Assembly: GCA_964016885.1 (NCBI GenBank) | Contig: OZ024763.1 | Location: forward strand, 3,844,001-3,908,000 | DNA length: 64,000 nucleotides | DNA from: Eledone cirrhosa | Taxonomy: Eukaryota | Reading direction: 5' to 3' | In this document: positions 26,828 to 41,604 of the stretch, in pieces | Position numbering within the stretch: the stretch's first letter is position 1 | Layout: each line of letters starts with the position of its first letter | Program-made: the position numbers and the translations under genes | Notes under the pieces: generated by a model | Told to the model about the DNA's origin: nothing | Seen by the model: the letters and a program-made list of their open reading frames with translations, nothing else | The model's database searches: none

Positions 26828-28967
26828 GATTTTGGCTTGGTTTCTACGACTGGACATCCTTCCTAACGCCAACCACTTTACAGTATGTACTGGGTGTTTT
26901 TTTTGCTGCTCGCCTACACGACCACTTGACAGTATGTACTGGGTATTTTTTACTGCCCGCCAACACGACCACTTTACAGTGTGTACTGGGTGTGTTTTGC
27001 TGCTCGCCTACACGACCACTTTACAGTGTGTACTGGGTGTATTTTGCTGCTCGCCTACACGACCACTTTACAGTGTGTACTGGGTGTATTTTGCTGCTCG
27101 CCTACCCGACCACTTTACAGTGTGTACTGGGTGTGTTTTGTGCTCGTCTACACGACCACTTTACAGTGTGTACTGGGTGTTTTTTGTGCTCGTCTACACG
27201 ACCACTTTACAGTGTAGACTGGACGCTCACTTTTGTCATGACACCTATATGACCACTACAGTGTGGGCTGGGCTCTTTTGGTGTGACTCCAGGGGGTGGG
27301 GGATCACTTTATAGAGGAGGTGGGAAACTTGGGAGGGGTAGAGAATATGCTTTGGGAAATTGGGGACGTAGGTACAAGAGAGGTTTATGAGAGGAGAGAT
27401 GGTAGGGAATGGCGTTGCCAGCTAAGTATAGAGGGCGGGTCTTATGTAATACTTCACAACACCAGAGGTGAAGGTCCTGTGAGGTGTAATTGTGAAAGGT
27501 CAGCTCTTATTACCTCATCCCAAGTTTTCCTAGGCCTGCCTACTCCATGGCTACCACCAACTTTGAGTACTCTGCATCTTTTTATACAGTTGGCATCCTT
27601 TATACGCATCACATATCCTTACCAACACAATCTCCTCTCCTGCACACAACATCTGATCCCTCTTATGTCTAATTTATCGCGTATTTCATTAATGTTTTGT
27701 CATTTGCGTATATTGCTATTACACATCCATCGAAGTATGGAGGCTTCATTTCTTTCCAATCTTCGCAGGTCCTATTTTTTCGCAATATTAGGACAACATG
27801 ACTCTCCCCAAATATAACATTAAGTTTAGATTATTCGTAACTTGTGTGTGTCTACGTTTAATTAAGACATTGCCTTGTTTACTGCTATCGTCACACATTA
27901 AAATATGGCTGTGATTGTCTTTGCTTTCGTCTGTTTGTTTCAAATCATTTAATACCGTTTGTTTTTCTTCAAATATTGTTTACTTTTTATAAAACTAAAT
28001 TTAGATTAACGGCGTTATTTGTTTTGAAGGTTTTTTTTTAAATATGAAATCGTGTGTTGAAAGAGATATTGTTATATTCGGGGAAGGTCGTGTTGTCCTC
28101 ATATTGCCCCAAAATATAACAATAAGTTTATATTATTCGTAACTCGTCCGTGTGTCTACGTTTGATTAAGACACCGCTTTATTTACTGGTGTTGACACTT
28201 TTGTTGTAAACAGGTTAAATTTGATATATTAACACATCAGACATTTTTCTTCAAAATTTGGTTTGTCTTATATTCCAAATATTACTGCTAGATGTCTCTG
28301 TAAAGATTCCATTTCAATCAATTTCTAATTTCAATTGTATACTGTTGAAGATGAAGTCATTTGTCCTTATAATCACCAGCTTGTCTCAAATTAATTCATT
28401 TTGTTGCTTCGTTCATTCCACGTTCTATATTAATTTAGGATTTTGTTCTAATGTAATAACATTTTTATTTTCAAAGACTTACATTCTGTTTGATTCTTTC
28501 TCGTGTGTATTGTTATCTGTTGTATAAAAAATGTATGTGAAGGGGAAAAAAATAACACGCCTTTCTTTAACCGCTGCACAAAGCTAACTGACGGTGTTTA
28601 GTAAGACTGGTAAGTACTCGACAGTGGTAAACATCATTTATATACCGTGTAAATCGGAGAGATGAACCAAACCTGGATATATTACTCTTTTTTCCCCCCA
28701 ACATTTTCCGAGGCCCTGTCCTTCATGATTCAGCAGTGAGACAGAGTGACAGGGTTTCAAGCGCTACCAACAATTGCAATAGGCTATATTTAACAAGAAA
28801 CTGTTATGTCGTGGTTATTGCTATAATGTGTAGTGTGTGTTTCCATCTTTAGCTGGGATTGTAGAATTACTTTTATTTAATTGTTAACAGAGATATGATG
28901 TATATAGCGTTGTTGTACGTTTAAATCATACAGACACACACTTACTCACGTATGTGTACACACACAC

Positions 28968-29035
<68 letters not shown>

Positions 29036-31666
29036 GAGAAATGATTGTGGGATGACAGAATTGGGGAGAAATATTTGCTGAGCACATCACTATAGCATCA
29101 ATTCTACAACACACACGTATATATTTAGGGGCACGGCAGATCAGATTGTTGTGAAATCAAGGAAATCAACCCTTAAAAGATGACAAATTGAATCGAGTTA
29201 TGTTTTATCAAAGCCCCAGATAATTAAAACCCAATGTTGACCCCTTTTGTAGTATGAATTAGACGGAGAATGCCATGAACATCACCACGTAATTTTTGCT
29301 TTGAAATAGAAAGTAGGTTTATAAATATTAATTGTCAGTATGTATTTGAAGTTGTCTCGGTAGCCAAGTGGTGTCAGAGACGGTGGAGATCCTGGTCTGG
29401 AGTTCAATCTCGGGTAAGATCTACACTGAACATTTTAATTGTTTGTCTCATAAGATAAAAAAAAATATTAACAATTAATAACATCCTCTAAATGTAGTTG
29501 TGGACCAAGCTTAAACCCCCGGCCAAGTTTCCCACCATCTCTTATACTTACCACTACGCCACCAAGGCGCTTTTAAAAACAGACTACATATTATTATATA
29601 TAAACCTACTTTCTGTTTCGAAGCGAAATTGACGTGGTGGCCTTCATGGCTTTCCCGTCTCTGTTCGTCTCGCAACAAAGGGGTCGACCTTGTCTTTCAT
29701 CCCACTGGAACTTTGATAAATTATAACTTGCTTTTGTTATTCATAGCTCTAGGGTTTATTTGAACCTACATTGACTATCTGCAATAATCTCTACTAACTT
29801 CAAATCTGCCATACCTAAGTATTGTGTGGGAGAAAGATTTGAACTTGATGCGACGTTCTCGTAAATTGATAAACCTGATTCCTATATAATATAATAGACA
29901 TATAATTATAATATGTATATAATTGTAATGAAAAATAACTTATTAAACAAATTTTAATTATATTTAAAAACGATAACAAAAACAAATGAATGAAAGTAAG
30001 GAATTATTTTTATTTAGTAATTATATTTTTATTGTTTGTTTTACTGCATTAACTGCTGAATGTGTCTTTTATTTTTGTTTTTTCTTACCATTTACCATGG
30101 CTGCAACGAAACTGGATTATTATCAAGGATTACTAGATGATGGACTTTCTTTATTGTACTATTTTTCAAAACAATGGACATCGAGACATTTGTCAAAATA
30201 CCTAGGATAAAGGTAACGTCTGTCTGTATGCAACATTTCATTTTTAAATTCTTGTGTTCTTATGGGTTAAATTTAAGCCGCCCAGAACAGCAATGCCAGA
30301 ACCAATAATCAAGGCAGGGAGTCAGTATCGAAAGTAACCATATTCAGGAGGTACGAATAATCTAAAAAGAATTTTTTTTAATAAGTTAAACAATGTTCTT
30401 AAAAAAAAAAAAGAAACGATTAAAGTTTCATTATTGCTGAACAGACCTCCATAGCATCAAATCTACAACACTCACACACAAAAAGATTTGAATCAAACAC
30501 TCTAATGTAAAGACAATCGTAGCCACAATTTAATGTCTGACAACATTTCACGATATAAATAAAGCCACATAAGTAGAGTTTAATGATTCACAATTTATTT
30601 GCTCATATCTATTTTAATCATACATATGCTGCAGATATATATTTTCAATGGTTTACGTTTACATTATGATTTTGTTGAAAGTTTCTGATGTATTTAGTGT
30701 CTTAGAGTTACGTCCCTTAGTGTCTTCGCGGCGTGGAGTTGTCCTTTTAAATTCTGAGTTCAAATCCCGCCGAGGTTAGCTTTCCTTTTCATCTTTAAGC
30801 AATCCATAAAATAAAGTACCAGTAACGCACTGGGGTCGATTTAATCGACTTCCCTTCCCCCCCAAAAAATTGCTGGCCTTGTGTCTATTGTAGAAATCAA
30901 TATTTCTTATAAGCAGCCAAATAGATTTACACTTTCTTTTGGAATAATGTATTAACATTTACAAGTTTATTCAGAATTCGTAGTTATAGAAATGACATTA
31001 TTTCGTGTAGAAAATCTATGATATTATCCCGATTAATATTATACGTTGTCAATATGAAATAGGAAGGCATGGTGAATAAATGTCCGACTTTATATTTAGC
31101 CTACTACAAACACACATCGAAAGTGTTCAGTAAATAAAAGGCACTATCGAACGGAACTGTATACAATCGTGAGATGTATCATAGCAAAATTATCTCTGTA
31201 AAATATCATTAAAAAATTATGAGGAAATAGTTTAATAGAGCGTAGACTAAACCATAGGCATGTCCAAGACAGTTGAAGTGTTGCGAGATTCACTTTGCTT
31301 TTTCCTTTGAAACTACATATTGTATGTTCAAATATTCGAAGTTGAAATCAACGTTAGTTCAATGAGATATGAACTTGTGTAGGTAACATGGAACCCATAT
31401 GTAACCGCTCGACTTGCTCACAAGGACGACCCAAAAGAACACACAGATGTGTATGAGTTATGTATAACTATACTAGATATAGACGTCAACAGGGAGACTG
31501 TACATGGCCAATTGTAAGTTCGAATCAACTATAAACCGATGAGGAATATTGAAATACTTTAAATAAAACACAAATGTGTGTGTGTGTTAAGTATCTCTCT
31601 CTCACACTTCTTAATGTGACGAGTTGATCTTTTTATATGGTCGTATAGTTTGAGTACTCTTGACTT

Positions 31667-31709
<43 letters not shown>

Positions 31710-32499
31710 CACATAGGAGAAAGTATGACCCCCGATGGCAGAGCTCAAGCCGTTTCGACGGCTATTTCTGCCGTCGGGGGTCATACTTTCTCCTATTACC
31801 GACTCTGTTACCCTAAGTATTGAGTACTCTGGTGCGATATGGTCCATCTGGTTCCTTACCACAACTCCTTCGTTATATATACATATATATGAATGACGCA
31901 TGGCAAATTTAATTTACGATACATTAGTGCCGTACTGCCAATCCCGTTGTTGTGGCATCGAATAAACACTAAACTGTTAAGAAGAAAGTTTGAAAAGGTG
32001 TCTTAATATATTAAAAAGCACATTCGTGTGTGTGTTTGTGTGTTATGTGTAACTATACTAGATATAAACACTAATTTCCCCTCTTTAAACTATCTCTCAT
32101 ACACACGTTTTCACGCATTCCTATGTATAGGTATTGTAGTTATGAAGTAACTACATACTGTATGATCAAATATATTCGAAGTACTGTCAATCACGTTGTG
32201 GTTTCCATTAAACATTAAACTCTTAACAAAAAAGTCTGAAAATGTCTTAATATAATCAAAGGCATACTTGTGTGTGTGTCTGTGTGTAATGCATAACTAT
32301 ACTAGATATAAACACGGATCTCCCTTTCTCACACAAACACATCCTTTGTATAGGAATGGCGTAATGACAGGAGTTGTATTTATGAAGCATCTGTAACTAC
32401 ATATTGTATGTTGAAATCACCGTTAGTTCAATGAAATATGAACTTGTGTAAGTAACATGGAACCCATGTGTAACCGGTCGACTTGCTCACAAGAACGAC

Positions 32500-33078
32500 C
32501 AAACAAAACACATAAATGTGTGTGTGTGTTATGTATTTATATACTAGATATCCACGTCAACAGGAAGACTGTAGATGGCCAATTGAAAGTTCGAATCAAC
32601 TATAAACCGATGAGGAGTTTTGAAAAACTTTAAATAAAACACATAAATGTGTGTCTGTGTGTTATATATAACTATATTAGATATAGACGTCAACAGGAAG
32701 ACTGTAGATGGCCAATTGTAGGTTCGAATCAACTATAAACCAATGAGGAGTTTTGAAAACCTTTAAATAAAACACATAAATGTGTGTGTGTCTGTGTGTT
32801 ATATATAACTATACTAGATATAGACGTCAACAGGAAGACTGTAGATGGCCAATTATAGGTTCGAATCAACTATAAACCAATGAGGAGTTTTGAAAAACTT
32901 TAAATAAAACACATAAATGTGTGTGTGTTATATATAACTATACTAGATATAGACGTCAACAGGAAGACTGTAGATGGCGAATTGTAAGTTCGAATCAACT
33001 ATAAACGGATGAGGAGTTTTGAAAAACTTTAAATAAAACACATAAATGTGTGTGTGTATGTGTGTTATGTATATAAGA
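32500..33078. repeat. ~135-bp VNTR, 4 copies
   Basis: Unit starts at ~32545, 32678, 32814, 32944. Confidence 0.88.
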
Positions 33079-33129
33079 TATGGGAAGCCCCCTACGTTGT
33101 CGGTCGACTTGCTCGAAATTGTAGCCAAA

Positions 33130-34093
33130 GACTGCTATTTCTAGCAGGTTTACTGCTGTCCTGTAGACACACAAGAAAAACCGGAAGAAGCAGCCATTAA
33201 AAAACTTTGGCTTAAAATCAGGCAAAAGTTTTTAAACAATAGAAAATTTAATGTAAACAAACCAGGGTGTTTTTGCCAAGAAAGATAACTCTTGTCTTAC
33301 TTAATGGCAAAAATCGAGACAAAAATTTTGTGTGTGTGTCTGTGTGTTATGTTTACAAGATATAGACGCCATTTTGAAACCCGTACGTGGTCGGTCGACT
33401 TACTCGAAATAGTAGTCAAAGAGAGGAGATTTTTTTCACCCGATACAAAAAGTAGGTTTATAAATATTAATTTTCACTATATTTTTAAGGCGGTCTCGTT
33501 GGCCGAGTGGTACGGTGCGTTGAGTCTGCTGAGATACTGGTCGGGGGTTCGATTCCGGCCAACGTCTACACATAGGGGGTCTTATTAAACTTTTTCAGTT
33601 TTTATTTTATCTCTTAGTATAAAAACTGAAAAAGTTTAATAAGACCCCCTATGTGTAGACGTTGGCCGGAATCGAACCCACGACCAGTATCTCAGCAGAC
33701 TCAACGCACCGTCCCACTCGGCCAACGAGACCGCCTTAAAAATATAGTGAAAATTAATATTTATAAACCTACTTTTTGTATCGGGTGAAAAAAATCTCCT
33801 CTCTTTGACTACTATTTCGAGTAAGTCGACCGACCACGTACGGGTTTCAAAATGGCGTCTATATCTTGTAAACATAACACACAGACACACACACAAAATT
33901 TTTGTCTCGATTTTTGCCATTAAGTAAGACAAGAGTTATCTTTCTTGGCAAAAACACCCTGGTTTGTTTACATAAATTTTCTATTGTTTAAAAACTTATG
34001 CCTGATTTTAAGCCAAAGTTTTTTAATGGCTGCTTCTTCCGGTTTTTCTTGTGCGTCTACAGGACAGCAGTAAACCTCCTAGAAATAGCAGTC
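33130..34093. repeat. Long palindrome, unit C copy, spacer 33606-33618
   Basis: Same arms; mirrored 98-aa ORFs 33292..33588(+) and 33636..33932(-). Confidence 0.95.
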
Positions 34094-34551
34094 ATAGCAA
34101 CTCACTCACATATATTTATTTATGAGGGATTCTCAACCAGGGTTGCACACCCCACGGGGAACAATCTGAATATAATAGGGGTCAATTTGAAAGTGATATT
34201 ATACGACCTAACCTCCTGTTACACTTCGTCTACACATGCTATCGTGTATCTGGCAGCAACTACGAGAAGTTTGTTTACACTTTGCGGTTTGCTTTGATCA
34301 TCGCTGCATCGCAGCTTTGTTTAAATAAAGGGTTTCTACTTTATATTACAGTAATAACACTTTTACAAGACTCGGATTGTTTTTATATTAAAGGGGGACA
34401 TAAACATATTTTAAATGTTGAGGTGGGGCATGGTGCAGAGAAGGTTTTGAACCACTGATATATATATATTCTTTCTGTTGTTTTTTAAACTCTGAACTCA
34501 GCATTTTTCTATTGTTCTCCGGGATTCTAGCATGTATGTATTATATATATA

Positions 34552-34588
<37 letters not shown>

Positions 34589-36674
34589 GTCAACCTCACT
34601 TGGCACAGACTCGAAAAAGCCGCCGCTAATCGTAATCGTTGGGGTTATAATTAGACTAAAGTGCTTCCACTGGGCACCATTAGCTGGTTGTGATCATTGG
34701 AGGATTCTTTCTGCACTGAAAGAGCCTACGACTAAAAGATATATATATAGATGTCGAAACGGCACTAGCACAGCCGTTGGGGTCCTGAATATTTTCACAT
34801 ATATATATGTGTGTGTATTCTGCGACATTTATAATTACATAAGTAAACATATTTGAATAAAAAAATTTGAGGTTTAAATACTTTATTTTTTACCAATAAC
34901 ATTAAGAAAGGCATGAACAACACCACATGTTAATTACTTTAATATTGAAAGTAGGCTTATAAATATTAAATTCAGCAGATTTTTGTAGCCTTCATGATTG
35001 TCTGGTGGGAGATTCCAGAGATGGTGGAGGTCCTGGTTTGGGGCTCAATTCTGGTTATGGGTTACATATAGGGTTTCATGCTTTTTTTTTCTTTTTTTTT
35101 CTCAGCTCTAGATATAAATATATATATAAGGTAATTTGGTAGAATTGTTAGAACATCAGATAGAATTCTTTGCAGTATTTTTTCCAGTTCTTTCTACCCA
35201 TTCGGGGTCGATAAGTCTTGAATATGTCTAACGTAGCAATAACTGGAGCTACTTAACCAAGTTTTCCCAACCTAGTCGATATCACCTACTGGTTGGCGAT
35301 TTAAACTGTTGGCTGGGACAATCACCAACTAGTCAGTAAGATTCAAACTCACTATGTTTGGCGATATATAGTCATAATTTGTTTCAAACTTCGATCGCGG
35401 TTTCAAAACAAGCTTGCTTTCATATATGTGTGCGTGTATGTTCTGCGGCATTTATATTTACAATCATATAAATAGGTATCTATTTATTTAAATTAAAATA
35501 CTTTATATTTGAATGAAGTTCTGTAAGTAACCTGGTGGCTTAGTTGGCAAGACTGCTCAAATATGTGGCTTCTATTATGAAGTTATAAGTTCATTCCCTA
35601 CCCAGGATTGTAGAATTAATTTTATTTAGTTATTATTTAATCAATTATTTTAACAAACAAATTATATCTATAAAACGCCAAATATAGTGAGTTCAAACCT
35701 GACTGATATGCATGGTATATGTTTATCTTTCATTATACAGCAACACAATACACAGGAACTTATAAAGTTATATATATATTGTCCAGGAGTTTCGAGTTTA
35801 GTGGGAATTGGTACAACTCTCAATTGGAGCTAGTCTCTGCAAGATAACACCCGATAGTTTATACATGATTATTTAAAGGTTGAACAAAAACCAAAGAACA
35901 TTGAGCAGCGTTTTTCAACCTTTTTACCCATGTCGATCCCTTGAAATAGTTTTTATGTCTTGGTTCCAAAATCGTGTGCTGCAAGATGAAACAAGATGAG
36001 CTGCAAAAGACTACGATTAAGTTTTAAGATGTGAAAAATATAAAACTGAAATTTCATATAAAAGTTCAAATATCGTTACAGCCACAAACCTAGGCTCCAC
36101 ACCCCGCAATGCAGAGGCGAGTAAGATAGTACCGAGGCCTGACTCACCTCTTCCACTCCATTGAGACTTCTGCCATACTTGGTCTCCATACTGCTGATTT
36201 CCTCCATAAAGTCGGGAGGAAAGACAGCAGGAGCCTCGTGAGGAGGGGCGACTATTGTAGCAGGTGTCTCTGGCCTTGCTCCGAGGTAACGCTTTTACGT
36301 TTCTTCCACGGGTTGCGTCTGAGGGACCACTTAGACTGGGGGTGAAGTGTCTGTCCCTCCCCCGACTTCTTACTTCTTTTTTTTTCTCCTTTTCATTTTC
36401 TTCTCTCTTCTTGCTTATCTCTGCTATACCACGGCATCAAAAACATATATGGTATATGTATGTATGGTATAGGTGTATTTATATTTAGGATAGTTATCAA
36501 AGGTAAATAGACTGGTTGGAGCAATAACAGTCTTGTTTATGTATATACATATATATATATATATATATATGTTTGTGCTTGTATTTCCATAGAAAAGGTA
36601 AAGAAAAGAAGAGTGCTCTATGTATTGTACAGAGCTATTTAATTACATAATAAACAACAGAATATAATTAATCC

Positions 36675-38462
36675 ATGCAAATAGACTTAGAATGGAAAAC
36701 ATTGAGACAGAGAAGAATGGATAATGAGCGTCGTAGGAGAAATTGCCCAGCAATTAATATTAATGGAAATGTAGAAGAATTTCATATTAGTGATATGAAT
36801 GTTTCGTGTGATCACTGTGGAGCTTTGAGATTTAGAAATGAAAATTGTAACTGTTGTAATAAAGGAAAGGTTGTGTTGCCTCCATTGCAAATATACCCTG
36901 AGAGACTGAGAAATCTCTTTGAAAGGGGCCAGGAAGCAGTTGATTTCACAGAAACATCTGCAATTAAAACTACATTTCTTTCACTTCATTTGGTGTTAAA
37001 CTTGCCTTACCACCCGGCAGAGGCCCGTATAGCTTTCATATTCAGGGTCAAACATATCACTACACCCCACCTCTGTAACCTGCAGAAAATACACTACAAT
37101 ATGGCCAGTTATATATTATTGATGGGAATGAAGCTGTGTAGCACAGATTGGAAGTAGCACCAAATAATTGTTTCTGGCACAAGGCCAGCAATTACCCCAG
37201 TGTATTACTGGTACTTTATTCTATCGACCTCATAAGGATGAAAACTAAGTCAACCTTGGAGGGATTTGAACCCAGAACGTAAAGGGCCATAACCCTATGC
37301 TGCAAAGCATGGTGTCTAACGCTCTACCGATATTGCCAATCCACCGCCCTAGTACCAACAAATAATGACTGCTCACCACAAAAAATGACTATGATAAGAG
37401 AGGTGTTGCATGAATGTAATCCATATGTCGAAGTGTATAATACAATGCATGGCATCAAACAGCAAAGAGCAAGAAGAGAAAATTGTCGTGTACGGAACTG
37501 TGAATTAAGATTTAGAAGAGGATCAGATATGAACTGCTATAATTTACCTAATGATAGGTGTTGTTTTGTGGGGATTGAGGGCACACCACCTATACAAAGA
37601 GATATTATCATCTTTCCTAAAGACCATCCTCCTCAGAAAATACCACATAATTCATGCCACTTGGACCTCATGACCGACCCATAATGGTGAATTTTGGTGG
37701 CATAGTGACATGGAGAGGAATGCAGGACCTGTGTTTGCAATAGACTGACAATGCAGGAGTATTACATATACTGTATAGCATATAGAGGAGGATTTAGTGC
37801 GATATATAGGGCAGGCAAGTTATTTTAGCAGTATTTAGTGGATGCCTATATGAAAGTAGAGGGATGCAGGCTTCAATATTTGAGGAACAATCAAGCCCAA
37901 TTGTGAGTGGATGAGTATAATGGTTTAATGAATTATCTAAACAGATGATAACACTGAGCCTTAAGAAATGAAGACAAGATAAGAAACAGAGAAGACATTG
38001 ACAGAATCGTGTCAGCAGAAATACCTGCATTGGAAGATGATCCAGTACTACATGAGCAGGTTTAAAAGTTTATGATCCATGGGCCATGTGGTTCTGGAAA
38101 CCCTTTTTCCCCATTTATACAAAATGGATTTTTCCAAAAGAACTATCCAAAAACCTACAGAAGGAAAACATTATTGAACCTAAATGGATACCCAGAGTAC
38201 ATGAGGTGCAAGACAGGAACTGCAGTGTAAATTGGATGACATTCAGTAGATAACAGGAATGTTGTGCCATTTAATGCCTTTTTGCTTAAGAAATATTGTG
38301 CACATATTACTGTTGAAGTTTGCCCTTCTGTAAAAAGTGTCAAATACCTCTTTTAATATGTTACATAGGGCATGATTGTACATCTATAGAAGTAACGAAT
38401 TATGCATTACCTAATGAGGCTCAGAACCAACACAACCATGATGAAATAAGAACCTACCTTTG
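36675..38462 (+). mobile_element. Decayed Helitron Rep fragment (unit C copy)
   Basis: Near-identical to 3993-5780. Confidence 0.88.
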
Positions 38463-39869
38463 AGGAGTTTGGCCCCCTCAGCCCGACGTGCAGCAGAACT
38501 TGGGTCAGTCGTAGACTACACCAGGTTGCAGTTGCAGAAGGTGTCGGTGCAAGTGGCATCCCACATGAGGGGTTTGCTGTATACTACCAGTAATATGTAC
38601 AGTGTATATACACTATAATTAGTAAAAAATACACATTATTTTCCTGCAAAAATTTGATTGCAATGTTTTGTTTTCACTGATGTATTTTTTGAAAATGTTA
38701 TTTATTCATTATTAAAATTAAATGATAGCATTCTATATGTGGGTGGGTCCCCTTTATCTCCTGGCAACCAATATTTTTAGACCCAGTCTGCCATTATATA
38801 TATATATATATGACGTATAGGCACCAAGGAAAAAAAGCACCCAACACTCACTGTAAATGAGGTTGGTGTTTGAAGGGCATCCAGCTGTAGAAATCAAGCC
38901 AGAATCAGTTCCCGTATGAACAAGGCATGGTCAGCCGACCGGACAACAGGACAACCCGTCTATCCCATGCTAGCGTGGAAGAACGGACGTAAAATGGTGA
39001 TGATGATGATGATTTATATATATTGAGCTTGTTTATCAAGAAACACAAAATTCTAACATATTTGATGTTTTGAATCATTACATTTGTATATAACAGCTCC
39101 AAATCTCTTGTTGGGATGGGGTGACTATAATTTCCACACCTATCTCTAGTGGAAAGAATGCAGGGAAAAGCAGACGTAAAATGATGATGATGACACCATG
39201 TGGTCTTCAACATGGTGGTTACGTTAGCAGTCTCTATGGATATTGGCAAGTATATTGTATTTTGATTCTATATTTCTCTTAGAATTCTGAGACTATAACC
39301 TCTGATGATAATTCTGAGTCTCCTGTGGTTTAATTATAATTGATAGTTTGTCTTCGATGATCGATTACATAGATTGATTTTCAACCACACTCTACAGAAT
39401 ATGAAATAGTACTATAAGGTCTCTCTAATGACTCCACCGTAAGTACATATTCCTATCTGAAATATATATTTAGTACATATACAATATACTATGTTTCCTC
39501 TAAGGTATATGGCTCTTTCTCTCTATATATACATATATATTTTTCATTTGATTTATTATGGCTCTGGATAATAATAATAATAAAAGATCAATCTGATTAG
39601 TTTCAATTTTTATTAAAGACTCATCAGCTGTCAAGAAAAAAGTGTGTGTGTGGGGGAGGGGGGGGGACAGAGAGGAATGGTGCTTCCTTAATCAGCTTTT
39701 CATGGGAATGAGGCTGGGGTATATAGCATTTACTCCTTCCCTATCAGACTCTCATGGACATTAGAGTAGTGAAGGGCATACTAACCCATACAGGGGTCAC
39801 CAAGGCTTTTAGATATTTCAATCATTCTCCACCCACCAAAAAAAAAAAAAAAAAATCATAATGTTCTAC

Positions 39870-40490
39870 ATGTGAATGGAGTTTCACTGAAGCAGAAAGA
39901 GAAGTTCAAGTACCTCGGGGCTGTGTTCATGAGTGATGGAAGGAAGGAGGCTGAATTAAGTACAAGTATTGCACCAACTTCAGCATTCAGTAATCAGAAG
40001 GGAGGTAGGTGTAAAAGCCAAACTCGCTATCTTCAATTCAGTTTTTGTGCCAACCCTTATCTATGGTTATGAATCTTGGGTAATGACCGAAAGAATATGA
40101 TCACAAATACAAGCGGCCGAAATGGGGTTCCTCTGGAGGGTTTTTGAAGTAATGTTACTTGATAGAGTTTGTATCTAGGACATCAGAGAGTCATTCTAGG
40201 TAGAGCTTTTACTTCTCTGAATTGAAAGATCTCAGCTTCAGTACTATGGGCATGTAGTGAGAATGTCTCAGGAAAGAACCGCTAGACAGATTTTACAGGC
40301 AAAACCAATCGACAGGAGACCCAGGGGTAGAGTCTGTACAAGATGGTTGGATAACATCCATGAGTTTGGCTAGTCTGACTTGGGGATCCAGCTGGATCAG
40401 TTTGAAACAGTTGCTTCTGACAGCACCTGCTGAAAGGAGTGTTTGAGAACTCTGGCCCCATGACCCACTCAGTAATAAGTGGGCAAAGGA
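39870..40490 (+). mobile_element. Decayed LINE RT C-terminal region; truncated at the junction in units A and B
   Basis: FKYLG, PTLIYGYESWVMT, QAAEMGFLWR, YYGHVVRMSQER, RRPRGR..TRWLDNI with stops; related piece at 63050-63190. Confidence 0.82.
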
Positions 40491-41604
40491 TAAGTTATTT
40501 CAATACTGGATATAGCATTATCTAATGTTCCTTTAAAATAGAGTGAAGTGATTTGAAGAAACGTTATTACAGTATCAGATGTGCCATTATCTACTACTTA
40601 AAGAACCATTATCTGAAAATCAGGGTGTTCAGGTAGAGAAAATACCTTGTTGCTTGGTAAACAGGTACACTGGTTCTCACCTGACTCTCACATTTGACTC
40701 CAGGACGTTATAGCAACTACTTCTACCAGCAGGTTAAACTCAGTGAGAGACTGGGCATTTGGAAAGGAAACGGGCACCACTAAGCATTTTTAAGGCCCAC
40801 TGAAATCCTATGATGGACAAACAGTCCAACATCTCAAGGGGAACTTCAATGACGGGTTACACCAGATATGGAAAGTTGATTGATTGATTGCTATTGATGG
40901 TCTCGTTCTGAGTCAGCCTCCTGTTTTGCTTGCTCCAGCTGGGCTAAGAAATATTTTAAGATGTCATTTTAAGAGAATTTAACTCTTTTGAGACCAAAAC
41001 ACCAGAACCCCTGCACCTCTGCTTCTACATTAAAAAGCGTTTATATTTATCTAAATACTTTCTATAATAATTTTCTGTTAGAAACTTTATGTTCCAAACA
41101 CCAGCTTAGTAATGAGGAAGTTGTGTTACTAAATCCTTCCAAATAATTTAATTTCAGAAGTATTTAAAAATCACAGGCAGCGTCTTTCAGTAGAAATATA
41201 TATAGGTTGTTTTCTTTTTTTGTTCAGAGTGGACAGCATAGTTGGTTGGGACTTGTTTCCTACATTGTAATTAAATAATTAATAATTATAGTAAATCCTT
41301 CTTCATTGATAAATAAAAATAAGAGTATATTTCACTAGAAGTATGGTAACAAAAAGGGATGGGATCTCTGGGTATTGATACCATATTGATCTGTGACAGT
41401 AGTCAGGTCTTCAGCATTGAAAAGTCTTTCCAGCACAGACATCTTACTACAACCTCTGCTTTCTCTAATAATTATTTGGTGTAGTATTTATCATGAGATG
41501 TAAGGAAATGTTGTTGATCAAGTAGTCTATATTGGTTCATGATGGCAGAAAAAACTGTTAACAGCATTCAACTTCTGTGGTTAATCTTTGCCATATTTAA
41601 ATAG

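Larger units (their letters stand above)
1..39974. repeat. Tandem segmental duplication array, period ~16.2-16.4 kb (unit A partial 1-10679, unit B 10680-26827, unit C 26828-39974)
   Basis: The same sequence recurs at fixed offsets, e.g. ORFs 3993/20416/36675, 576/17048/33292, 13859/29986, with scattered SNPs and microsatellite length differences. Confidence 0.96.
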
